From a bacterium (lineage in GTDB: Bacteria; Patescibacteriota; Patescibacteriia; JACPHY01): DNA of 64,000 nt. Under the pieces are notes generated by a model that had not been told where the DNA came from, did no database searches, and was given only the letters and a program-made list of their open reading frames with translations. Positions 46,976 through 54,908 of the stretch are shown one piece after another. Numbering within the stretch: position 1 is the stretch's first letter; each line of letters opens with the position of its first letter. The DNA lies in the NCBI GenBank assembly GCA_030646955.1, contig JAUSKM010000035.1, positions 3,944 to 67,943 on the forward strand, read 5' to 3'. The translations under genes were made by a program, and so were the position numbers.

Positions 46976-47164
46976 GTGCCTTGTCGTGAGGTCTCCCGGA
47001 ACTACGGGACGCACAGGCCACGTAGGTCTGCAGCAACCCGTTATAGTCACCTTTCGGGTCCGTAGTCCGGTTACATGACGAGGTACTACCCCCGCGCACC
47101 GCTCCTCAACGTCTGGGTCGTTATGGGTGACCCGGCAATATGAGGAGAGGCGTGCGGTTTTTTT
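46976..47164 (+). ncRNA. Putative structured non-coding RNA or regulatory leader, family unassigned
   Basis: Starts just after the promoter; domain 1 closed by GTGCCTTGTCGTG/CATGACGAGGTAC; domain 2 a long hairpin ending in T7; no credible ORF. Confidence 0.55.
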
Positions 47165-47228
47165 ACAGAAATTTTGCGCGTACGACCTCTGCAATATGTG
47201 GAGTGTTTTTTGTTTTGCGTGTCACCGT

Positions 47229-47294
47229 AACGGAGAGGCGACCCTCCGAATGGTCGCCTCTCCGTTTGACGTACACCAGTGGGCATGGTAAAGA
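47229..47294 (+). promoter_or_regulatory. 15-bp inverted repeat fused to a -35 box, promoter of the 47322 operon
   Basis: aacggagaggcgacc/ggtcgcctctccgtt, then TTGACG-N17-TAAAGA. Confidence 0.5.
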
Positions 47295-47321
47295 GTAGGA
47301 AGGCAGAAAGGGAGGTGCTCC

Positions 47322-47732
47322 TTGGCAAGCGAAGAACGGAAGCAGCTTATGGTCCGTGGCGATCGGCTGTTGTTTGCGCTTGATGTGTTGGAGGCGATGA
47401 TACTTGGGCGCGGGGATAGCCGGCTGCGGTTCTCGCGACATCGTATTCTTGCGGTAGTGGACGAGTACATTCCGCAGGAGGATGGCCTGTTCACGCGTGT
47501 GCCAGACTTTTGGCTGCAGCTCTGCAGGCGATACGATGCGGAGATCGCGCCGATTCATCGTTTTCTTTACGCCAACGCACAGCGCATCCAGGACACGACG
47601 TTTGACGCTGGCGGGCTGCTCGCGACGCTGCGCGTGCATGTTGCCGAAGGCATGATGGACGGCGTCGAACGACTCTTTGTTTCCATCGCATCCGGTAAGC
47701 TGACCGAGGTGTATTTCACGGAGGTGCAGTGA
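47322..47732 (+). CDS. Hypothetical protein
   Basis: GGGAGG SD before TTG; 136 aa. Confidence 0.6.
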   Translation: MASEERKQLMVRGDRLLFALDVLEAMILGRGDSRLRFSRHRILAVVDEYIPQEDGLFTRVPDFWLQLCRRYDAEIAPIHRFLYANAQRIQDTTFDAGGLLATLRVHVAEGMMDGVERLFVSIASGKLTEVYFTEVQ

Positions 47733-47995
47733 TGGGCGTGACCATCAATTGGAGTTGCCAACCAGAAGCGGCGCAGCGCCTGCGGAAGATGCTGCTGGAC
47801 ATGGGCTGCATCGAGGCAAAGGACGAGGCGGAGATGGAACGCCTCGAGAAAGAAGGCCATCTCGCGTTCGTTGATCGTTCGCGGGACGCATCCTCGCCGG
47901 TGCGCGGCGCACAACGCTTGGCGCGCGGGTATGCGCTCGAGTTGGGTGACAGTGACGCTCCGGTCGGCCGTAAAGACCGGTCCTGCGGTTGCTGA
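47732..47995 (+). CDS. Hypothetical protein
   Basis: TGATG coupling; GGAGG SD; ends CGC. Confidence 0.55.
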   Translation: MGVTINWSCQPEAAQRLRKMLLDMGCIEAKDEAEMERLEKEGHLAFVDRSRDASSPVRGAQRLARGYALELGDSDAPVGRKDRSCGC

Positions 47996-48007
47996 ACAGG
48001 AGGCACG

Positions 48008-48469
48008 ATGAGGCAGTACATTGAGAACATGAGAAAGGTATGCCACAACCTCGAGTTGCTCCTGAAGGTGCTCGAGGACCTCGGGTTTGTTGGTGAAGAG
48101 GAGTGCGATGACGACGAGTGTCTAACCCAGAACTGGGGGCATCATGGCCATGCTCTTCTGTATGTCGAGCTAGTTGCATGGGAATATGCATGTAGGTTGG
48201 TACTCCTTGCGGACAATGATGATGGACTAGACGTGCAGTGCAAGATCCAAGACGGAAATTCGCAGTGGAGGTACGGCCGAATGCCGTACGAGCATCGTTC
48301 TCCTTCCCTTCGCGATCTCGATGACATGATGCGCGATCGGTTCCGTATCGATGTTGGAGCATGGAAGGAGGGCGATCCATGGCCAAAGTTCGACATCGAT
48401 GAGCAGCAGGCGTGCGAGATTGCCAGGGTTGTAGGAACGTGGTTCAAAGGATTGGAAGTGCAGGGGTAG
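48008..48469 (+). CDS. Hypothetical acidic protein
   Basis: AGGAGG SD; 153 aa; followed by a terminator hairpin at 48477-48500. Confidence 0.6.
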   Translation: MRQYIENMRKVCHNLELLLKVLEDLGFVGEEECDDDECLTQNWGHHGHALLYVELVAWEYACRLVLLADNDDGLDVQCKIQDGNSQWRYGRMPYEHRSPSLRDLDDMMRDRFRIDVGAWKEGDPWPKFDIDEQQACEIARVVGTWFKGLEVQG

Positions 48470-48552
48470 CGACAAGAGACCCGCCATGCGTGGCGGGTCT
48501 TAACTTTTGTCGTAGGTTGCTTTGCTCGTATTTTGGTCCACGTTTTTGTGTG

Positions 48553-48652
48553 TTCGGTTCTTGTTCGGTTTTGTCAGAAACCGTTGACACTGTGGGAAGT
48601 GGTGGGAGATAATGGATTTGTAGTGGGAGAAAGTGGGTTGAGCTGTGGATAA
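48553..48652 (+). promoter_or_regulatory. mraZ promoter region: LexA-like repeat (48553-48568), -35/-10 (48584-48613), MraZ boxes, DnaA box (48644-48652)
   Basis: TTCGG-ttcttg-TTCGG; TTGACA-N18-GATAAT; GTGGG at 48592, 48602, 48623 and 48633; TGTGGATAA. Confidence 0.75.
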
Positions 48653-48671
48653 CTAGGAAGAAAGAATCCGC

Positions 48672-49106
48672 ATGTTCATCGGAGAGTATCGTCACAGCAT
48701 TGATGCAAAGGGCCGGCTGGCGGTGCCAACGAAGTACCGCAAGCAGCTGGAGAAGGGTGCGGTGGTGACCCGCGGGCTCGACCGCTGTTTGACTATCTAC
48801 CCGGCCGAGTCGTGGAAAGAGCTTGCGGGGAAGCTTGCGTCACTCCCGATTAGTAAATCCAACCCGCGGTCATTTGCGCGCTTCCTGCTCGCTGGTGCCA
48901 TGGACGTGGAGCTCGACAAGCAAGGACGGATCATCATCCCGGAGTACCTGCGACAGTTTGCGGGGGTGGCGAAGTCCGTCGTGGTTGCCGGTCTCTATGA
49001 TCGTCTGGAAGTGTGGGATGCCGACGCTTGGGAGCGGTATCGTATGCACGCGGAGCAGGGGAGCGAGGCCATCGCAGAGGCGCTGGATGGAGAGATGGGG
49101 ATATAA
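48672..49106 (+). CDS. mraZ: Transcriptional regulator MraZ
   Basis: MFIGEYRHSIDAKGRL, TRGLDRCL, LDKQGRI. Confidence 0.97.
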   Translation: MFIGEYRHSIDAKGRLAVPTKYRKQLEKGAVVTRGLDRCLTIYPAESWKELAGKLASLPISKSNPRSFARFLLAGAMDVELDKQGRIIIPEYLRQFAGVAKSVVVAGLYDRLEVWDADAWERYRMHAEQGSEAIAEALDGEMGI

Positions 49107-49107
49107 C

Positions 49108-50067
49108 ATGTCGACGTCATTCCGAGGAACTGCAGGTGACGAGGAATCCGGTTCACGCATTGGACGGGGTCCTTCGTCGCCTGTGGCTCCTCAGAATGAC
49201 GAGCGAGTACATGTACCCGTGCTGCTGACGGAAGTCATGGCGCAGCTTGCATTGCGGCCCGGTGATGATGCAATTGATTGCACCTTCGGTGCAGGTGGGT
49301 ACTCGAGGGCGATGCTCGCTGCGATTGCGCCGGATGGGAAGGTGCTCGCGTTGGATCATGACCCGGCAGTGCGTGCGGCAAGCGTGGATGATCGGCTGCT
49401 GTTCGTGCACGGTTCCTTCAAGGACATCACGGCCATTGCAGGGACATACGGATTTCACGCACCGCGTGCGATCGTCGCGGATCTTGGGTTCTCCTCTCTG
49501 CAGCTCGGCGACTCGAATCGCGGATTCAGCTTTCAGCACGATGGACCGCTGGACATGCGATTTGATCCGACGAGCGCTCACCTCACCGCTGCGGAGCTGC
49601 TGGCGACATTGCCAACCAATGAGCTGGAACGGATCATCCGCGAGTACGGGGAAGAGCGGCACGCGCGAGCGATTGCCAATGCGATTGGTGCGCAGCGGAA
49701 ACGGCACCCGCTCACGACGACGGGCGCGCTCGCAGATCTTATTGCGCAGACGCTTCCGCGCCGTGGCAGGATCCATCCGGCAACGCGGACGTTCCAAGCA
49801 CTCCGGATTGCGGTGAACGATGAGCTGGGCGTGTTACGATCGGCAATTCCGCAGATGCTCAATCTGGTGGTGCCGGGCGGATGCGTCGCGATCGTCAGTT
49901 TTCACTCGCTGGAGGATCGCATCGTGAAGCAGGAGTTTCGTGCGGTGGTCGCGCGGGGCTGGGGGGAGCGCATCACCAAGAAGCCCATCGTGCCATCGGC
50001 GGAAGAGCTCGCAGCAAATCCAAGGAGCCGTTCCGCAAAGCTCCGTGTCGTCCAGCGGTATCCCTGA
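49108..50067 (+). CDS. rsmH: 16S rRNA m4C1402 methyltransferase with a repeat-derived N-terminal insertion
   Basis: HVPVLL, DCTFGAGGYS, DLGFSS.QL, RGFSF..DGPLDMR, HPATRTFQALRIAVNDEL, SFHSLEDRIVK, NPRSRSAKLR. Confidence 0.96.
   Translation: MSTSFRGTAGDEESGSRIGRGPSSPVAPQNDERVHVPVLLTEVMAQLALRPGDDAIDCTFGAGGYSRAMLAAIAPDGKVLALDHDPAVRAASVDDRLLFVHGSFKDITAIAGTYGFHAPRAIVADLGFSSLQLGDSNRGFSFQHDGPLDMRFDPTSAHLTAAELLATLPTNELERIIREYGEERHARAIANAIGAQRKRHPLTTTGALADLIAQTLPRRGRIHPATRTFQALRIAVNDELGVLRSAIPQMLNLVVPGGCVAIVSFHSLEDRIVKQEFRAVVARGWGERITKKPIVPSAEELAANPRSRSAKLRVVQRYP
49115..49201. repeat. 87-bp CGTC-tagged palindromic element inside rsmH
   Basis: cgtcattccgagga...tcctcagaatgacg terminal inverted repeats; same family as 2570-2651. 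Confidence 0.8.
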
Positions 50068-50480
50068 TGCGCAATCTCCTCATTGTAGACTCCTTCTCTG
50101 TTGAGAATACTCCTGTGATCACGCTCGCACTCCCATTCCCATTCATCCGTACATCGCGTCGTCGTCGCGGTCGTACATCGGTGCTCCAGCGCGCGCGGGG
50201 CATCGATGCGCGGCCGTGGAACGTATTCGTTGTTGTTGCGCTTGTGGCGTGTACGCTGGGGTACCTCGCATTGGTGAACAGCAATGCGACCGCGGGGTAC
50301 GAGCTTCATGATTTGGAGAGCCGCGCGGCCGAGTTACAGGACGAGACGCGCCAACTCGAGATCACTACGATTTCGATGCAATCCGAGGAGCGCGTCGCGT
50401 CGCGTATTGTGGACATGGGGTACGTGGACGTTGCGCAGGTGCGGTACCTCGCGCAGGATCGGGTAGTCGCGCGTCGGTAG
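50067..50480 (+). CDS. FtsL-like cell division protein (start uncertain; alternative GTG at 50115)
   Basis: Position after rsmH; basic N-tail, one TM, coiled coil (ATAGYELHDLE...). Confidence 0.7.
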   Translation: MRNLLIVDSFSVENTPVITLALPFPFIRTSRRRRGRTSVLQRARGIDARPWNVFVVVALVACTLGYLALVNSNATAGYELHDLESRAAELQDETRQLEITTISMQSEERVASRIVDMGYVDVAQVRYLAQDRVVARR

Positions 50481-50742
50481 CATTCGTGATCCCTCATTCG
50501 CATTTCGTGGTCCCCTACGATTCGGGCCTTGGCCCATCGTTCTTTCTCTCCCCATTCGTGCTTCGTAGGGGGACATGAGCTGCGAGATGCGGGGTGCGTG
50601 CTTGTACGGCACACGCAACATCGCCCTCCGAGACCGGGGGCGGTGTTGTTTGTGTGTTGAGCGGAAATAATGATGGCTTGCTTGACTGGAACGAGCATCC
50701 ATGCAACAATGAATTGTCCCGCAAGCGGGCAAGGGAGGTTCC

Positions 50743-51063
50743 ATGTCACACGAAAGTGCGAGGTCAGTACGGCTGACCGGCGTGTTCGGCAATCTCGTCG
50801 TCGGTGACGATTCATGTCTGTGTCGTCTCATCGAGATCAGCGAGACGGCGATCATCGTTCAGCCCAGCCCCATGCCGAAGCATAGCAACGGGGAAGTGCA
50901 GGTGCAGTTCGTGCTTCCCGGGAGTCGCTCGCTGCTCTGTTCGTGGGGCGAGATCGTGCAGCGCACCGTTGACCTCAAGGTGACGGTTCGGCGGACGCAC
51001 GAGCCGCCTCGCATCCGCGAAGCGATCGACGCGTTCTTGCAGCAAGCACAACAGCCGGCGTAG
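50743..51063 (+). CDS. Degenerate PilZ-like domain protein
   Basis: RSVR, LIEISETAI (cf. D/NxSxxG), VQFVLPG, GEIV; GGGAGG SD; hairpin at 51081-51106. Confidence 0.55.
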   Translation: MSHESARSVRLTGVFGNLVVGDDSCLCRLIEISETAIIVQPSPMPKHSNGEVQVQFVLPGSRSLLCSWGEIVQRTVDLKVTVRRTHEPPRIREAIDAFLQQAQQPA

Positions 51064-51199
51064 TTCCCTGCTTCCGCACAGGAGACCCCCGCATCCGGGG
51101 GTCTCTGCTCTTGAAAAGGAGCGGCAAGTATGGTACAGTACAGGACTGGGTGTCTGCTGTTCGGCATCGCCCGTAATCGACATGCGGTCTCCTGGAGGT

Positions 51200-51964
51200 A
51201 TGCGGAGGATTGTCGTGGGTGCGATCGTCATTGCAATGGCATGGATGCCGGCATCGGCACTTGCACATCAGCCGCGTATCGTGGCGAGCGGGGTCACGGA
51301 CGTGCATGATCCAGAGCTCTCGCAGGCGTTCTACGGTGCGCTGGTTGGCGCTCCAGCGATCTACCGCATTGTGGCGGATGATGCGTTTGACCTGTACGTG
51401 AACGTGCTCGTGCCGGAGCGGACGAATGCCAATGGAATCTTTTCAGTAGATGTCATCCGGCGTATCGGCGAGCGGCAGATTCAGGAGATGTCGTTGGACG
51501 GCACGGCGGCCGAGTGGGTGCCATTCTATGAGCCGTTCGGGGGCGATCACTATCGTAAAGGACCGGAATTTCGCATGCGCGCGAAACCCGGAATGTACGA
51601 GATCGTCGTCTGGAATGCTGCTATGGAAGGAGCGTATACACTGGCAATCGGCGAGCGCGAACAATGGGGCGGGCGCAGTATCGGACAGCTCCTCGTTGTG
51701 CTCCCCGTGCTCAAGGCCCAGTTTTTTGGGTGGAGTATTCCTGAAATTGTTTTTTCGCGTATCGGTATTGCGTGGGCAGCGCTGCTCTTCGTGCTTTCCG
51801 GCGTAGGCGCGATCATTGTGCGGCGCGTGCGGCGAGCTGCACGGGAGGTCGCCAGACATCGTGATGCGCAGCATTCGGATCCTGCTGCTGGCGAGCGCAG
51901 CGACGATCATCCCGTCAACGAAGTACCCTCGGTGTCGCGGGACAACGAGCGGGACGCGATATGA
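51200..51964 (+). CDS. Hypothetical exported protein with C-terminal TM
   Basis: Signal peptide ALA-HQP; SQAFYGAL, FYEPFGGD.Y..GPE, YTLAIGEREQW. Confidence 0.75.
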   Translation: MRRIVVGAIVIAMAWMPASALAHQPRIVASGVTDVHDPELSQAFYGALVGAPAIYRIVADDAFDLYVNVLVPERTNANGIFSVDVIRRIGERQIQEMSLDGTAAEWVPFYEPFGGDHYRKGPEFRMRAKPGMYEIVVWNAAMEGAYTLAIGEREQWGGRSIGQLLVVLPVLKAQFFGWSIPEIVFSRIGIAWAALLFVLSGVGAIIVRRVRRAAREVARHRDAQHSDPAAGERSDDHPVNEVPSVSRDNERDAI

Positions 51965-52188
51965 CGAAAGACCAATTCGTGGCACAGATACGACGCGTGC
52001 TCATGATTCCGGGCGTGTGTCCAAAAGAGCAGCGCGCGCAGGTTATTGCGCAGCTCGAGGCGCTTGACGAGGCGCAATTCGCGCAGCTCATGGCGGTCAT
52101 GCAGCGTCTCCCCAAGGAGGAGCTGCTGGCGGCATTGCGCTCTGGCGATACGTCGGCAGTCGAGTCGCTGCTGCGGAAACACTCGTGA
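51961..52188 (+). CDS. Small hypothetical helical protein
   Basis: ATGA overlap with the upstream gene; 75 aa. Confidence 0.55.
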   Translation: MTKDQFVAQIRRVLMIPGVCPKEQRAQVIAQLEALDEAQFAQLMAVMQRLPKEELLAALRSGDTSAVESLLRKHS

Positions 52189-52211
52189 TCGTTCGAGCGT
52201 AGCAGCTTTTT

Positions 52212-53420
52212 ATGCACGTGCAGCGTATCGGCATGCTCGCCGCAGGAGCGTTGGTGCTCATTGGCGGCGGGATGGTCATTGCGCGCGAACCGGAGGTTGG
52301 TGGCGCAGCGCTCCATGAGGTGCAGGAAACCTCGCGTCGTGCGGACGTCACGCTCGACTGGGATGCGGTGACGGTTGGTGAAGGCGATACGTTTGCCGCA
52401 GTGATGGAACGCATCGGCGTATCGTACGCGGATACGCTCGCGATGGTTGCGGCGGCAGAAGACGTGTTTGACTTCACGATGATTCGCCTCGGGCGAGCAA
52501 TCCGGTACGAGGTGCGTGATGGCGTGTTGACGCGGCTTGCCTACGATATTGATACGGAAGAGTACGTACTGGTGGAGCGCACGGGAGATGGGTTTGCGGT
52601 TCGACGCGATTCGATTCCATACGAAGTGACCCGCGTCACTGGGGCAGGGACGATTGCGACATCGCTCTACGCGGACGGCCTTGCAAGCGGTATGCCGGAG
52701 GCGGCCGTCATCGCGCTTGCAACTGCGTTCGAGTGGACGATTGACTTTGCAACGCAAGTGCAGCCGGGCGATACGTTTCGCGTGCGCTATGAAACGCGGA
52801 CGCGCAATGGGGCGGAGGCAGGCATCGGGAGCGTGCTCGCTGCGGAATTTGTCAACTCCGGGAAGCGATTCACTGCGTATCGTTTTGTGGGCAGCAATGG
52901 CGCGGCTGCATACTTCGATGCGGAAGGCGATTCGTTGGCACGACAGCTCTTGCGCGCGCCGCTGCCGTACGGTCGCGTGACCTCCGGATTTACCTACGCG
53001 CGGTTTCACCCGACGCTGGGACGTACGACGCCGCATCGCGCCATTGACTACGCAGCGCCCATCGGCACGCCGGTTCGTTCCACGGGCGCGGGAACGGTGA
53101 CCGCTGCGGGTTGGAATGGTGGGTATGGGAACTCTATCGCGGTGCGTCACAACGAGACGTACGAGACGCATTACGCGCACCTCTCGGGATACGCAAAGGG
53201 CATTCGGCGCGGGGCGAGCGTTGCGCAGGGACAGACGATCGGGTATGTGGGGTCAACCGGATTCTCCACCGGTCCGCACCTGCACTACGAGATCGCAAAG
53301 TGGGGGACGCTCATCAACCCGTTGACGTTGGAGCTCCCGCCCGTAGAGCCGGTGGCGGACGATCGGCGCGCGGCGTTCACAGCGCTCCGCGATGCGTTGG
53401 ATGCGGAGCTCGCGGAATAA
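52212..53420 (+). CDS. M23 peptidoglycan DD-endopeptidase, MepM/Csd3-like
   Basis: WTIDF..VQPGDTF, RFHP, HRAIDYAAP.GTP, YAHLS, GSTGFSTGPHLHYE. Confidence 0.92.
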   Translation: MHVQRIGMLAAGALVLIGGGMVIAREPEVGGAALHEVQETSRRADVTLDWDAVTVGEGDTFAAVMERIGVSYADTLAMVAAAEDVFDFTMIRLGRAIRYEVRDGVLTRLAYDIDTEEYVLVERTGDGFAVRRDSIPYEVTRVTGAGTIATSLYADGLASGMPEAAVIALATAFEWTIDFATQVQPGDTFRVRYETRTRNGAEAGIGSVLAAEFVNSGKRFTAYRFVGSNGAAAYFDAEGDSLARQLLRAPLPYGRVTSGFTYARFHPTLGRTTPHRAIDYAAPIGTPVRSTGAGTVTAAGWNGGYGNSIAVRHNETYETHYAHLSGYAKGIRRGASVAQGQTIGYVGSTGFSTGPHLHYEIAKWGTLINPLTLELPPVEPVADDRRAAFTALRDALDAELAE

Positions 53421-53497
53421 CCCTCCCTCGCTCGTTGGAATGTTAAGCATGAGTGATGATGGAATACGAAGCATAGTGGTCATACGGTAGTACATAT

Positions 53498-54799
53498 ATG
53501 GATACGAATAGTCAGAAAAAAGAATACGGATTTGCAAACCTCGGCATTGCGCCGAAGCTGTTGGAAGCACTGGTGAAGCGCGGATTCACGCAGCCGACAC
53601 CCATCCAGGCGCAGGCGATTCCGATCGCGTGCGAGGGGAAGGATGTCATCGGCATCGCGCAGACCGGGACGGGGAAAACGATCGCATTCGGCATTCCGAT
53701 GATTCAACGGCTTGCGAAAGGCAAGGGCCGCGGACTCATTCTCCTGCCGACGCGCGAGCTTGCGGTTCAGGTGAATCAAGAGCTTCAGGACACCGGGAAG
53801 CACTTTGGGTTGCGGTCGGCCGTCGTGATTGGCGGTGAGTCGGAAGGCAGACAGTTGCAGCAGCTCCGTCGCACGCCGCACATCATCGTTGCCACGCCGG
53901 GGCGGTTGGTGGATTTCCTGGAGCGCGGGAAGGTGTCGCTCGCCGATGTTTCGGTACTCGTGCTTGATGAAGCAGATCGCATGTTCGACATGGGGTTTGC
54001 GCCGCAGCTGAAGAAGATTATGCTCGCGGTGCCGCGCCAGCGGCAGACGATGCTCTTCTCCGCGACCATGCCGCCGGAGATTGTGCGGCTTGCGAAAGAG
54101 CACATGGGATGGCCGGTGCGCATCGAGATCGCGCCGCAGGGAACCACGGCAGATCGCGTCCAGCAGGAGCTCTACATTGTCCCGCGCACGCAAAAGCTAT
54201 CGCTCCTGGCGCAGGTGCTTCGCGAAGTGCCGGGATCCGCGATCGTATTCTCGCGCACGAAGTACGGCACGAAATCGCTCGCGCGGAAGATTCGGAGCAT
54301 GGACCTTGCCGCGGCGGAGATCCACGGCAATCGGACGCAGGCGCAGCGCCAGCAGGCGCTGGAAGGGTTCAAGCGGGGGACATTCCGCATCCTGGTGGCG
54401 ACGGATATCGCCGCGCGCGGTATTGATGTGCAGGACGTCGCGCTCGTGCTCAATTACGACCTCCCGATGCAGGCCGAGGATTATGTGCACCGCATCGGCC
54501 GCACCGCGCGAGCGGGCAAGACGGGGCGCGCGATCTCGTTTGCTACGCCGGAGCAGGCAAAGGACGTCAAAGCAATCGAGCGGCTGATCAAGCAACCGTT
54601 GCCGCGACGCGCGTTGCCGCAGGATCTGCCCACGATCACGGATGACGAGCGCGAGCGGCGCGGGGAACGCGGCCGGAGGCCAGGGAGCGGTGGTGAGCGC
54701 CACGATCGGCCGCGCGGTGGCCCCTATCGCAGCGCGCGCCCGGAACGCGGTGGCGGCCCGCCACACCGACGGCAGCAACCTCCTCGCCGACGACGATAA
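53498..54799 (+). CDS. DEAD-box RNA helicase, RhlE-like
   Basis: Q motif PTPIQ, AQTGTGKT, PTRELA, DEADRM, SAT, ARGID, YVHRIGRTAR. Confidence 0.96.
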   Translation: MDTNSQKKEYGFANLGIAPKLLEALVKRGFTQPTPIQAQAIPIACEGKDVIGIAQTGTGKTIAFGIPMIQRLAKGKGRGLILLPTRELAVQVNQELQDTGKHFGLRSAVVIGGESEGRQLQQLRRTPHIIVATPGRLVDFLERGKVSLADVSVLVLDEADRMFDMGFAPQLKKIMLAVPRQRQTMLFSATMPPEIVRLAKEHMGWPVRIEIAPQGTTADRVQQELYIVPRTQKLSLLAQVLREVPGSAIVFSRTKYGTKSLARKIRSMDLAAAEIHGNRTQAQRQQALEGFKRGTFRILVATDIAARGIDVQDVALVLNYDLPMQAEDYVHRIGRTARAGKTGRAISFATPEQAKDVKAIERLIKQPLPRRALPQDLPTITDDERERRGERGRRPGSGGERHDRPRGGPYRSARPERGGGPPHRRQQPPRRRR

Positions 54800-54840
54800 C
54801 ACACACGCACCCCGATACGAATATCGGGGTGCGTGTGTGT
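54799..54840. terminator. Hairpin after the DEAD-box gene
   Basis: acacacacgcaccccgata-cgaa-tatcggggtgcgtgtgtgt, 19-bp stem. Confidence 0.6.
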
Positions 54841-54908
54841 CTGTCGTGCACAAAGATCGCGCATACAGCGGACACGTTGCTATACTGTGGATAGCAACTC
54901 CCTCTCTT

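Noticed and set aside
46976-47086. Assignment as SRP RNA or c-di-GMP-I riboswitch
   Set aside because: CAGG...GCAGC and GGGACGCA resemble parts of those motifs, but the GNRA-capped helix 8 of SRP and the GCAAAC/GNRA P2 of the riboswitch are missing; left unassigned.
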